The notes beneath the pieces are model-generated. The model was not told the DNA's origin, searched no databases, and saw only the letters and a list, made by a program, of their open reading frames with translations. DNA of 59,048 nt from a bacterium (GTDB taxonomy: Bacteria; Bacteroidota; Ignavibacteria; UBA10030), in assembly GCA_043803945.1 (NCBI GenBank), contig JAZDJN010000070.1, forward strand, positions 1 to 59,048, given 5' to 3'. Below, piece after piece: positions 1 through 10,313 of this stretch (position 1 is the first letter of the stretch; each line of letters starts with the position of its first letter). The translations under genes and the position numbers were made by a program.

Positions 1-140
1 ATCTGACAATTTCTTGCTGAATAGCAATACGAATAATGTCTGCATCTTTGATTTCGAGCCGTTTCATTTCATCTTTCCGCTTTTTTCTTTAATATAACGG
101 AAAGATATTTTATGCGCAATTATTTATGTCGCTATGTATA
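1..140 (-). mobile_element. Probable left end of an IS630-family insertion sequence (transposase N-terminus runs off the window)
   Basis: A minus-strand ATG at 67 reads MKRLEIKDADIIRIAIQQEIVR..., resembling the N-terminal HTH ORF of IS630-like transposases as I recall it. The segment 110-140 (TTATGCGCAATTATTTATGTCGCTATGTATA) looks like a terminal repeat ending in TA, the IS630 target. Only 22 codons are visible. Confidence 0.55.
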
Positions 141-299
141 AATACTCTACATTTACTCTGGCAAGGTGATTTATCAAACCAGTCAACTTATGAAAAACCT
201 ACACTGAAGTAATCCATATTCCGCTGGAGGTCCATCGTAGCAAGAATACTTTCTTTTGATAGATCGTATGGTTGGATTATCATTGTATTCCTCCTGGTT

Positions 300-2039
300 G
301 TGATCGTTGTCGGTGTTTCAGGGTATCAATACTATCGTTTTCAACAGAAGCGGTTTAAAGACGAAAAGCACAGCGAACTTTTCGCAATTGCCGACTTAAA
401 AGTTAACCAAATTCAATCCTGGCGAGAAGAACGAATGTCAGATATTCGCTTCGTTTATAATCACCCCGACATTCCTGCGCAAATAAAGGGATTTCAAGAA
501 CCGGCGAATAGAGAAGCAGCCCGGCAAAAGATATTGAAGTGGGTGGTACCCATGTTTAAGAATCAACGTTATCAGAGCATGGAAATCTATAACGCGAAGG
601 GGCACCAGATTTTTGCTTATCCCGACAATGGACAACCGCAGACCACGATGCTTCTTGATGAATTTCAGCAAGCGGTATCTTCTCGTTCTGTGGTATTTTC
701 TGATCTGCAACGGGATAGCAGCGGTGTGATTCGGATGTATCTGGTTGCGCCATTCGTTGATGTCAGAAGGAATGAAAGCATCAGCCTCGGTTTTGTTGTA
801 TTCTGCATTGATCCCTTCAAAGTGCTCTATCCACTGATTCAGTCATGGCCAATACCGAGCAGCAGCTCTGAAGCGTTGGTCGTTGAACACGAAGGGACCA
901 ATGTGTTGTACATGAATGAATTACGTCATAGATCGGGCACCGCCTTGTCAATGCGCATTCCTATAGAAAATGAACAACTTCCAGCAGCAATGGCAGTCCA
1001 GGGTAGAGAAGGAGTTGTTGAAGGGAACGATTATAGAAACGTCGAGGTCCTTGCTGCGATCCGAAAGATTCATAATTCACCCTGGTTCCTCATTGTGAAG
1101 ATTGATTCGGAAGAGGTATTCGCTCCTGTTCGCTCCCAAGCGCTGACGATCGTGATCATTGGGTTTCTCTTCATAATATCGGTTGGATTGTCCTTTGGCA
1201 TCTGGTGGAGGAACCAGCGAGCGAAGTTTTTTAAACAGCAGTATGAGAATGAACGTGAGCGTCAGGCACTGATGAAGCACTTTGATTACCTTATCAAATA
1301 TGCCAATGACATCATTCTACTATTGGATTCAAACGGAGTTATTCTGGAAGCGAACGAGCAGGCATGCAGAAGCTATGGCTATACACGGGAAGAACTACTT
1401 CAGCGAACGGTGTATGAACTCCGATCACCGGAATCCCGATCTCAGGTTTCAGCACAATTGCAGAAAGTCGCATCTCAGGATGGAATGGTGTTTGAATCAA
1501 CGCACATGCGTCGGGATAGGATGGAGTTCTCCGTTGAGGTAAGTTCGAGGGTCATGGTGATCGACGGGCATAACTATTATCAGAGTATTATTCGAGACAT
1601 TACCGAACGTAAGTTCGTTGAGGAGGAGAGAAAACGGGCGGACGATGCAATTCGGAAGAGTGAGGCAAACCTGGCACGGGCTCAGGAACTTGCCAAAATT
1701 GGGAGTTGGGAAGCGGATTTACAAACCGGGAAGTTAGACTGGTCTGATGAAATGTACCGTATCTATGATGTAACACCCGGGATATTTGAACCGACCGTTG
1801 AGTCGCTGCTTGAACGCATTCATCCTGATGATCGAGGAACTCTACAAGATTGGATTACTGCAACCGTCAGAGGTGAATTTCGTGATCCAATAGATCTTCG
1901 CGTCATCACCAGGGATGGTTCGATGGCACGATTAAAGGATCTGGCGTACCAGTCTTGGATGGTCAGGGAAATGTTACCGGTGTTATGGGAACCACGCAGG
2001 ATATTACAGTTCAGATGGGCGCCCAACAGAAGATACTGA
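300..2039 (+). pseudogene. Hybrid sensor histidine kinase, N-terminal part (TM, Cache-like periplasmic domain, TM, PAS, PAS); frameshifted at ~1925
   Basis: Periplasmic sensor with DYRNVEVLA, a TM helix and PAS motifs (ANEQAC..YGY, IIRDITERK; IGSWEADL, IHPDDR). The second PAS is cut after RDGSM and continues in another frame as TIKGSGVPVLDGQGNVTGVMGTTQDIT. The first TM helix extends upstream of 300 to an in-frame TAA at 210-212. Confidence 0.8.
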
Positions 2040-4123
2040 GGCTCAACCGTACCTTTGCCGTGTTAAGCAACATTAATCAATTAATCGTCCGTGAGCGCAA
2101 CAGGCAGGAATTATTTCAAGGAGCATGTAGAATCGCAATCGAGGATGGCCAGTTTCGCATGGCGTGGATTGGGATGTTGAATGAACTCAGTGGACAGATT
2201 ACGCCCGTTGCCTACGCGGGGGTGACAGATGGCTATTTGGAACATCTCAAGATTTCGATCGCTGATACTTCTGAAGGACGGGGACCAACCGGAATCGCTC
2301 TCCGTGAAGATTGCAGCATCATCTGTAATGATATCGAACATGATGATCGTTTCTTGCCATGGCGGGAGCGGGCACTTGCTCTGGGATTTCGATCATCAGC
2401 GGCTTTCCCTCTCCATGCGGGGGATAAACTTATCGGTGTCATAAACTTTTATTCTGGAGAGAAACATTTTTTCGATTCTGATGAGGTGCGATTAATAGAA
2501 GAGCTTGCAATGGATATTTCCTTTTCACTTGAATCACTTCGGATCGAAGAAGAGCGGAAGAAGGTTCATACTGCGTTACGGGAAAGCGAAGAACGATTGA
2601 GAAAAGCCCAGTCCATGGCACACGTTGGGAATTGGGAGATTGATTTGCACACTCAACGAATCTGGGGATCTGAAGAAGCCTTTAACATTTATGGTATTGA
2701 AAGAGTCGGGGTTGAACTGCCACTCATGGTGGTCCAAAGTTGTGTCCGGCCCGAATACCGTCCAGCGTTAGATAAGGCACTGCAACAATTATTGACAGGA
2801 ACAAGGGTCTATGATGAAAAATTTCAGATAATCCGTGTACACGATGGAGAAGTCCGGCATATCCATTCGAAAGCGGAGCTGATACGAGATGCGAACAGAA
2901 ATCCGGTAAAAGTAGTAGGGGTGCTTCAGGATATTACAGAGTTGGAGCGGGCGGAAGAAGAACGGAGGAAGTATGAGGAACAGTTATTGCAGGCCCAAAA
3001 GCTTGAGTCGATTGGTACCCTGGCAGCAGGCATTGCCCATGATTTCAATAACATTCTCAATATCATTTTAGGCTACACCTCGTTGTTGGCGGAACGGATC
3101 GATGATACGGAGAAAACTGCCCGTCGGATCAAAACAATATTGAGTGCAACAGAACGGGGATCGCAGCTTGTTCAACAGCTCCTGACCTTTGCACGGAAAG
3201 CAACCATCGATCGGCATCCGATCTCTCTGAACAACATTATCCTTGAAACAGCAAAGCTGATTGATGAGACTTTTCCAAAAACGATTGAGGTAGGGCTACA
3301 GTTAAAGCCCGGCCTTCCCGAAATATTTGGTGATCATAATCAATTGCACCAGGTGCTCGTTAATCTTTGTGTCAACTCTCGGGATGCGATGCCGAATGGG
3401 GGCTTACTCACGGTATCGACAGAAGACTTCTCAACGGATGCTCTCAAGATGAGAATCCCCAAACCGACGTCACAACGATACGCTGTCATCACGGTGAAAG
3501 ATTCCGGTGCGGGAATCGATGAAAGTACCTTACGAAAAATCTATGATCCGTTCTTTACAACAAAGCAGCAAGGGAAAGGGACGGGACTGGGATTGGCAGT
3601 TGTGTTAGGCATTGTCCAAAGTCACCTGGGATTCATTGAGGTCGAAAGTAAGCTTGGATCTGGTACGGAGTTTCGGATTTATTTACCATGCTCGGAACAA
3701 AAGGAGTCATCATCTCCCAATGTAGAATCTCAAATTTCCACCTCCCCTGGAGGAACAGAGACAATTCTCTTTGTCGAGGATGAGTCGTCCTCGCGAGAAA
3801 TGGTTCGTGAACTGCTGCAGGGAAAAGGATATATCGTTCTTACAGCAGCAAACGGTGAAGAAGCAATCTCGCTGTTTGAGAGCAGGGAACAAGAGATCTC
3901 CCTTGTCATCTCAGATCTTGGCTTGCCAAAATGTGAAGGCACTGAGGTCTGTCGGCGAGTAAAGATGAAACGACCAAATCTTCCCTTTATTCTAATGACT
4001 GGATTTTTAGATCCTGAACGGAAAGATGAGATCTCGAAAGTCGGTGTCAATGAATTGCTTCTCAAACCCTATCAACTTGGAGAACTCCTGATGAAAATGA
4101 GGGAGTTGCTCGATCGGAGATGA
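1955..4123 (+). CDS. Hybrid sensor histidine kinase, C-terminal part (GAF, PAS, HisKA, HATPase, receiver)
   Basis: H-box GIAHDFNNIL, N-box NLCVNSRDAM, G-boxes DSGAGI / DPFFTTK / GTGLGL, and a receiver domain (VEDE, SDLGLP, KPY). Continuation of the upstream frameshifted ORF. Confidence 0.9.
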   Translation: MDGQGNVTGVMGTTQDITVQMGAQQKILRLNRTFAVLSNINQLIVRERNRQELFQGACRIAIEDGQFRMAWIGMLNELSGQITPVAYAGVTDGYLEHLKISIADTSEGRGPTGIALREDCSIICNDIEHDDRFLPWRERALALGFRSSAAFPLHAGDKLIGVINFYSGEKHFFDSDEVRLIEELAMDISFSLESLRIEEERKKVHTALRESEERLRKAQSMAHVGNWEIDLHTQRIWGSEEAFNIYGIERVGVELPLMVVQSCVRPEYRPALDKALQQLLTGTRVYDEKFQIIRVHDGEVRHIHSKAELIRDANRNPVKVVGVLQDITELERAEEERRKYEEQLLQAQKLESIGTLAAGIAHDFNNILNIILGYTSLLAERIDDTEKTARRIKTILSATERGSQLVQQLLTFARKATIDRHPISLNNIILETAKLIDETFPKTIEVGLQLKPGLPEIFGDHNQLHQVLVNLCVNSRDAMPNGGLLTVSTEDFSTDALKMRIPKPTSQRYAVITVKDSGAGIDESTLRKIYDPFFTTKQQGKGTGLGLAVVLGIVQSHLGFIEVESKLGSGTEFRIYLPCSEQKESSSPNVESQISTSPGGTETILFVEDESSSREMVRELLQGKGYIVLTAANGEEAISLFESREQEISLVISDLGLPKCEGTEVCRRVKMKRPNLPFILMTGFLDPERKDEISKVGVNELLLKPYQLGELLMKMRELLDRR

Positions 4124-4180
4124 GGAGCTGCTAGTTCCAATCCCGCAGCAATGGAATGAGAAAAAGGTGGCGCACAGAGT

Positions 4181-4206
4181 TGTTTCGACGCCAGAGCGTC
4201 GGAACA
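4181..4206. terminator. Hairpin between convergent genes
   Basis: TGTTTCGACGC-CAGA-GCGTCGGAACA is an 11-bp stem with one G-U pair. There is no strong U tract. Confidence 0.35.
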
Positions 4207-4224
4207 GAGTGAGTGTGATTGATT

Positions 4225-4875
4225 CTACAGCCGCAGCAATTCCTCAACATTAATTTCACTTAAGTCCTTCACAAGGGTCGTTGCATTTGGAAGTATCTCG
4301 TGTGTACCGATGCCCAATGACCGAATACCAGCCCGCTCCGCGGCGAGAATTCCGGCAACAGCATCTTCTACGACAATGCACTCCTTCGGACTTAATCCTA
4401 ATCGCTCCGCTGCTTGGAGAAATACTTCCGGATCCGGTTTGGAATTTTCAATATCAAATCCATCCACAACGGCATCGAGAAGATGTCCAATCTCTGTCCT
4501 TTCAATGATCGGTTTTGCATTGCGGCTGTTGGAGGCGATAGCGATTTTGATGCCGTGTTGCCTGAGCGCTTCCAGCATCTTCCGGGAGCCGGGAAGAAGC
4601 GAACCAGGAGTCACCGATTCCAAAGATTCTACAAAATAACGGTTTTTCCGGTCGGCAATCTCCTGCCGTTGTTCTTTGGTATAATGATTCTTACCCGCTG
4701 CATCAAGGAGAATATCGACGCATTGCATCCGCCCCACGCCGCGAAACTTATGGTTAAATTCATGATCGAAAAACGTGAATCCTTCATCGACACAAAGCTG
4801 TACCCACGACCGGTAGTGGTAATGATCTGTTGAAACCAGGACGCCGTCTAGATCGAAAATGACTCCTTTAATCAT
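4225..4875 (-). CDS. pgmB: Beta-phosphoglucomutase (HAD superfamily)
   Basis: Motifs FDLDGVLV, IASNS, SKPDPEVF and VVEDAVAG; 216 aa; RBS GAGGAG upstream. Confidence 0.85.
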   Translation of the reverse strand: MIKGVIFDLDGVLVSTDHYHYRSWVQLCVDEGFTFFDHEFNHKFRGVGRMQCVDILLDAAGKNHYTKEQRQEIADRKNRYFVESLESVTPGSLLPGSRKMLEALRQHGIKIAIASNSRNAKPIIERTEIGHLLDAVVDGFDIENSKPDPEVFLQAAERLGLSPKECIVVEDAVAGILAAERAGIRSLGIGTHEILPNATTLVKDLSEINVEELLRL

Positions 4876-5023
4876 TGCTCCTCGTATTCTCGTGCAATTG
4901 AAAGCGGATGAAAATAGGAATTCTTTCAGAGAGATTCCATTTGATTTGCAGGATCATTATTGACCAGCTTCCGCAATAAGAGTCGGGAAGTGGTTCCCGA
5001 TACCCCTAGTGAAAAGATCTCGT

Positions 5024-5788
5024 TCAGTATCGAAGCGAAAGGCAGCTTAATCCACCGTCCAATTTCTGAAACTCCGATACATCAAGCTCGAGAACAGAAA
5101 GACCATGAGCAACGATTTGTGATTTCAATTCTGGGCAATGAGTCGGAAGAAGCACCGTACCATTGATCCAAACGCAATTTGCCCCAAAGGACTCTTGTTC
5201 GGGGGCTTCAATGCAATGGAAGGTTGTGAATGCGGAATTGTTTCGAAATTCGTCTGCAACGACAAGAAGATTGTTTTCGAGATAGGCAACACCGGACTTC
5301 AAATGAAGTGCATGTTGGAGAGGGATTGTGGATCCTGTATATCCATAGCGGCCAAGTATTTCAATAATCTGTGCAGATCCTGAATTATTCGTTCGGGTAG
5401 ATAGGCCGATGTAATAATGAGTTCCGACGGCCATAATGTCTCCTGCATCGGCAGTGCCTGGTGCACTAACCCGTTCGATTCGACTGTACATCTGTCGCAG
5501 TGTTTGCTCAATGGCAACCACCTCTCCGTTCCGGGAGGGAGCTCTGGGATTCATAAGAATTGCACATTCTGGAGTGAGGAGTGCGGTATCTTCAACAAAG
5601 GTAGAGTCTGGAAATTCTTCATCGGCAGGGAGGACTGTAACGGTGAGGCCGCATCGCTTCAACGCATCGATATATGAGTCGTGCTGACCCAATGCCTTCT
5701 GGAAATCAGGCTGTTCGGCATGCAGAGTTGCAAGGCCATGGACGACGTTCGCGCATGGCCGACGGACAAGTGCTTTAGTGAATTTCAT
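5024..5788 (-). CDS. N(G),N(G)-dimethylarginine dimethylaminohydrolase (amidinotransferase superfamily)
   Basis: FPDSTFVEDTA, HLKSG and GGLSCLSLR supply the Cys-His-Glu/Asp catalytic set. Start moved to the ATG at 5788 (MKFTKALVR), 254 aa. Confidence 0.88.
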   Translation of the reverse strand: MKFTKALVRRPCANVVHGLATLHAEQPDFQKALGQHDSYIDALKRCGLTVTVLPADEEFPDSTFVEDTALLTPECAILMNPRAPSRNGEVVAIEQTLRQMYSRIERVSAPGTADAGDIMAVGTHYYIGLSTRTNNSGSAQIIEILGRYGYTGSTIPLQHALHLKSGVAYLENNLLVVADEFRNNSAFTTFHCIEAPEQESFGANCVWINGTVLLPTHCPELKSQIVAHGLSVLELDVSEFQKLDGGLSCLSLRY

Positions 5789-5849
5789 TATCGTAAGAGT
5801 TCTGATTCTCCATGCTATATCTTGATAGCATGATGATAATGAATTTCTA

Positions 5850-6866
5850 TCATTTCTTCGAGCGCAATTGTTCAATCACATCGGCACTCATCCAATAAAT
5901 GGCCGGATTTCCATTCTGCGGTTGATTATGAAGATTCAGCAGAAACTGGCGTGTAATCACCGGAGGCCATTGGTCATTGGGCAGCAACCGGCTCGACATA
6001 AAGAAGAAATATTTTCCATCAGGCGAAACGTAAGGGGAGTATTCAAGGCCGCTGGGTGTATTAATTGCATCACCCATATTGATAGGCTCCTGCCAGGTGT
6101 CATCGGGATTTCTGAACACCAGATAGTAATCGGTCGATCCCCGCGAGTCCGGCCGGCCTGTCGCAGGGACGATGATGAATCGTTCATCGGGATCGATGAA
6201 GGCGTTGAATTGCGACTGCCCGCAATTCACCTGCGGAGGAAGCTTCTCCGGAGTTGCGTACTGGCCGTTGATATATTTTGAGCGATAGAGAAAACTGGCG
6301 CGGCTTCCCTTCTCAGAGCGTGTAAAGTACATGGTTCCCGACCGGGTTACACTCGGAAAATATTCGCTCTGTTCGGTATTCAGCGGACTGCCAAGGTTAT
6401 ATGGCTTGCCCCAGCCATCTCCTGTTCGGTCCATAACCCAGATATCCTGATCACCTTCAACACCATCCTGATCGGGGCGCGTCGAAAGAAAGAAAAAGCG
6501 CTTTCCGTCGGGAGAGATGAAGGGCTCGAGCTGCAAGTACTTTGGGTCGTCCATGTATTTCATCACCTCCGGCTCTGTCCAACATCCATCGATGTATTTT
6601 GTGACAAGAATTGTCGAGACAGCATAGTTGCCGATCGCAGCGCCAAAATAGATTTCCTTTCCATCGGGTGTCATCGCAACATCACGGGTAAGCATACCGG
6701 TCGAGACAATGCCAGGAGCAAAAATTTCAGGAGTCATGCCAGGCAGCTTTTGACCGAGGTACAGCCCCTTGAAGAGAGGAAATGCGGTATTCTGTTGGGC
6801 AAGCGAGCAGATTGATAGAAGAAGGGAAAAAGCAAATAGAGTGAACAGCCGTGCTGATGATGTCAT
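5850..6866 (-). CDS. Secreted PD40/TolB-like beta-propeller protein
   Basis: Signal peptide and repeated P.[IV]SPDG[KE].[FY]F motifs (TPDGKEIYF, ISPDGKRFFF, VSPDGKYFFF). Confidence 0.8.
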   Translation of the reverse strand: MTSSARLFTLFAFSLLLSICSLAQQNTAFPLFKGLYLGQKLPGMTPEIFAPGIVSTGMLTRDVAMTPDGKEIYFGAAIGNYAVSTILVTKYIDGCWTEPEVMKYMDDPKYLQLEPFISPDGKRFFFLSTRPDQDGVEGDQDIWVMDRTGDGWGKPYNLGSPLNTEQSEYFPSVTRSGTMYFTRSEKGSRASFLYRSKYINGQYATPEKLPPQVNCGQSQFNAFIDPDERFIIVPATGRPDSRGSTDYYLVFRNPDDTWQEPINMGDAINTPSGLEYSPYVSPDGKYFFFMSSRLLPNDQWPPVITRQFLLNLHNQPQNGNPAIYWMSADVIEQLRSKK

Positions 6867-7029
6867 GAATATGCCTCAATGTTGGTCATTATATTCTGAA
6901 CAATAACTATGGATAGTATAATCAGACTCCCTTGGTGACTGGAACCGGCAGTTGGTTCATCAGGCCGGGATGAGAAGCTTGGATTTTGCTCTCATCGAGA
7001 GTAAATGAAGTCTTTCCAAACATTCATAT

Positions 7030-9204
7030 TTAGAGCCTCCAGAGATAAGACATCTTAAAGAAGAAACCCCGCTGCATCTCTAACAATGTATCGCCTGGAT
7101 TATACCGGTTGGACGATTCCTCCCATTGAAGCCTTTGATACAGGGAACCATACCCTGCATGAACAACGGTCCCTGGAATGTAGGTGAAGGATGCAAGGAA
7201 ATCGGTGATGAGCTGTTTTCTGAAATTATTGTATTCAGCAATGCCGCGAAGGAAAAGATATCGGTTGAATTGATAAGTGATTTTTCCACGTGTGATCGTG
7301 TAATCATAGAGACGCTGGTTGTCAGAGGATCGTATAAAATCGGAAAACACAAGGCTAAGGTCAGCTTGCAGCTCGTCGGTCGGTTGATAGTTTAAGGCGG
7401 CGGTTACGCGATTGCTTTTTCCCTGTGAGGGACTGGCCGAATAATAGATGGCATTGATATATCGGTATAAAACACTGAACCGGAATTGTTTGTGAAATTG
7501 CCCTCCCCAGAGGAGATGGTACCCGCCGGTTTCAAACCGTTGTCCGGAAAATATTTCTGTGGCATAGGAATACTTTGCCTTGAGGGAGAGGCTGCCCCAG
7601 ACGAGGAACTGTGCTGAAAGATGATTGAATGTTTCCCACTGATTGTAGATCAGATCTTTCGTCTGTGCCGAGAATGCTTCGGCATCGATACGCTGAATAA
7701 TGGAAGATTGAGGATAAAGCTTTGGCCTGATGAGCGCAGTACCCATAAGTATTCCGGTCCGTGTGATATAGCCCATATCTGCCTGAAAGTGTTCGTCAAT
7801 CTTTTTCATGCTGAACAAGAGATCCAGGTCTCTTGTATTATCAAGAAACGCAGCGCCAAGAGCATAACCGGAGAACCTGTCCGGTGAAGATGACGAAAGG
7901 GTTGAGGAACCAAGCAGGTGCCAGCCCAGTGTCCTGGACGAGCCGATGCGAAGAATTCCATCAGTTCCCCCCACACGATTGTAGGTGCCATCGAGTTCAC
8001 GGCTTGTCAGGATACCGCCGATGTAACTCTCGTCGGCGAGCGCTCGCTTATAGCGGATGGCCGGTACGTGGGAATATGCTGTTCCGGAAGAAAGCGGAGC
8101 ATTCAATTCATCCCGGGCGTAAAGGATTGAGAGGTGATCATTAGAGGTAACTTTGCCGGTAAGTTTGATTCCAGCCACCGGGTTGATGATTGTTCTCGTA
8201 TGGACCAGTGAGATGATCGGATCGAGTTCCGAGGATTGTGTTGAACCGATTTGAAAACTTTCCCTTCCTTCAAGAAAGAAGGGGCGTTTCTCAGGAAAAT
8301 ATAATTGGTATCGAAGATTGAGGTCGACCTGACCGGCATCCGCTTCAATCTGGCTGAAGTCGGGGTTATAGGTGCCATCCAAAATCAAATCCGAGGTAAG
8401 GCCATACTTTGCTGTCAGGCTAACGTCAGCCCGATTCTCATCACTGGCGAGCTTGTTCTTCTCGCGGGTATAGTGTTGTGAATAAGTCAATGCCGGTAGA
8501 ACCTCGAACAACATATACGGCTTCAGATTATAATAGAGCAATGGTTTCATCTGAGTGAGGAACGCCATACCCAGCTCAGCTTTCAGCTCGGGATAGCTGC
8601 TGTGTTCACTGAGCCGACTGATGTAGCGCTCGAAGAAGATCGACATCTGCGTTGGGTTGTTGTCGGAGTATCGAAGACTCTTCAACGGTATTTGAATCTC
8701 AATGCTATATCCGTCGTCGGTGAGTTTCCCAGCGCTATACCAGATGATATCGGCAGAAAAATCTTCAACGTTTGCAGCGTAGCGGCTGTCGCCCTGAACC
8801 CCAAATGGATTCACATAGAGTGCATACAGTGACTGCCGGTCGTTAAATGAATCAAGATTGATACAAACCCAATCGTCATTCATCATCTTATCTCTGCTTG
8901 TCACCGAAGTTTTAATTTTGTTGGCTTCGGTGTCACTACAGTGAAAGGCGAAATATAGATTCTCAGCATCATAAGCCATATACCCGATCGTTCGCTGGGA
9001 TGCATCCTTGCCAAAATCAGGTGCAAAGGTTTTAAAGTTTGTGACAGTCGGGGCATTCTTCCACATAGCATCATTGAGCACGCCGTCGATAACAGGAGGA
9101 GTTGTGACACGAATCGGTTTGAGTGGATCTGAAGCAAAGAGGGAATAGCATGGAAGGAAAACAACGATGAGTATAAAGATACCAGCTCGAGTGAATGGAT
9201 TCAT
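7030..9204 (-). CDS. CBM9-like sugar-binding domain + DUF5916 outer-membrane protein
   Basis: Signal peptide; PVIDGVLND and YDAENLYFAF (CBM9-like); TYNPDFSQIEAD...FPEKRPFFLEG (DUF5916); aromatic-rich beta-strand C-terminus FFKMSYLWRL. Confidence 0.82.
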   Translation of the reverse strand: MNPFTRAGIFILIVVFLPCYSLFASDPLKPIRVTTPPVIDGVLNDAMWKNAPTVTNFKTFAPDFGKDASQRTIGYMAYDAENLYFAFHCSDTEANKIKTSVTSRDKMMNDDWVCINLDSFNDRQSLYALYVNPFGVQGDSRYAANVEDFSADIIWYSAGKLTDDGYSIEIQIPLKSLRYSDNNPTQMSIFFERYISRLSEHSSYPELKAELGMAFLTQMKPLLYYNLKPYMLFEVLPALTYSQHYTREKNKLASDENRADVSLTAKYGLTSDLILDGTYNPDFSQIEADAGQVDLNLRYQLYFPEKRPFFLEGRESFQIGSTQSSELDPIISLVHTRTIINPVAGIKLTGKVTSNDHLSILYARDELNAPLSSGTAYSHVPAIRYKRALADESYIGGILTSRELDGTYNRVGGTDGILRIGSSRTLGWHLLGSSTLSSSSPDRFSGYALGAAFLDNTRDLDLLFSMKKIDEHFQADMGYITRTGILMGTALIRPKLYPQSSIIQRIDAEAFSAQTKDLIYNQWETFNHLSAQFLVWGSLSLKAKYSYATEIFSGQRFETGGYHLLWGGQFHKQFRFSVLYRYINAIYYSASPSQGKSNRVTAALNYQPTDELQADLSLVFSDFIRSSDNQRLYDYTITRGKITYQFNRYLFLRGIAEYNNFRKQLITDFLASFTYIPGTVVHAGYGSLYQRLQWEESSNRYNPGDTLLEMQRGFFFKMSYLWRL

Positions 9205-9426
9205 AATCTCTCCAGAATGGAAGATGATATCAGAGCTTCACTGTATTGAACATCGCTGCTCACAGTGTCACGAAGAGACGAATACACAGCGTCATTGTTA
9301 TAACTTAGCACTTACGATGATGGAGATCAATGCTGGAATCAGAATAGGATCATGATCACCGCAATGGGAGGCGAGAGCCGGTGCAGCAGCATCAGAAAGA
9401 ATCTTCGTCATTCGAGCAATCCAGTA

Positions 9427-9909
9427 TCATTTGAGAAAGCGCTTCACCGTTGCCAGGTACCGATCGCTGATGATCAGAGGTTCCGAAAAGTGTTCAAGGT
9501 ACAACCGGTGGATATTTCTGGAAGTATTTTCAACTCGTGCAATACGATTCAGATTTACTATCGTCGTACGGTGGATGCGTATAAAGAGATAGCTTGGCAA
9601 TTCAGACTCCCAGGCACCCATCGATTTCGAAACCAGGCCCTTCTGTCCATCGGTAGTGACAAGCATTGTATAGTGGCCTGCAGAAGTGATGATAATGATT
9701 GCCTGGATACGAATCAGTTGGTACCGGTTGTTTAGCTTTAAGAAAACGGAATCTTCAGGCCGATACTGTTGTCCTTTCTTCAGTTGTTCTTTCGCTTGCA
9801 CATATTGAGCGGGAGGCTTTACTTGATGTACATAGAACTGGGGCACTGTTGCGAGTGTCTGCCGCAACGTATGTTTAGCCATTGTTTGCCGTGGTTGTTT
9901 TGCGTCCAT
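9427..9909 (-). CDS. Stand-alone LytTR DNA-binding domain protein
   Basis: LytTR core ITSAGHYT...FIRIHRTTIVNLNRI...LIISDRY, with no receiver domain. The start is uncertain (ATG 9909 chosen; the ORF extends to 10119). Confidence 0.75.
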   Translation of the reverse strand: MDAKQPRQTMAKHTLRQTLATVPQFYVHQVKPPAQYVQAKEQLKKGQQYRPEDSVFLKLNNRYQLIRIQAIIIITSAGHYTMLVTTDGQKGLVSKSMGAWESELPSYLFIRIHRTTIVNLNRIARVENTSRNIHRLYLEHFSEPLIISDRYLATVKRFLK

Positions 9910-10313
9910 GATGCATGAATCTGGGCTTTGATCCTCCCACCGATATTTACACCAAGGATACAAAACAACCCTAGTTTTTGCATGACAATTCCTACCAAGT
10001 GACTGAAAAGCATGGTAAAAGCTACTATTTTCGAGATGAAAACATTGGGTAATCGAGGGCGGAGAAAGGGAGAGCCTCACATCAAAACGTGGTTCAATCG
10101 TCATGAATTCAGAGCACATTGCGAAAAATATTTAGCTCCTAAACGAAACGCTGTTACCGTTTTGCTTTTCCACTTTTTTAAAGTAAGTTGCTCTTCCATG
10201 AAGCAAGGTTGAAGCATGTCCATGAGCTGCTATCAACCTTCCTTTGTGGTATTTTGATTTCCAAAATCTGATGAACGGTTGACCGATCACAAGTTTAGTG
10301 TGTTGAGCTTAAG

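Noticed and set aside
1915-1940. Programmed ribosomal frameshift in the histidine kinase
   Set aside because: No slippery heptamer or homopolymer at the junction; a single-base deletion explains it.
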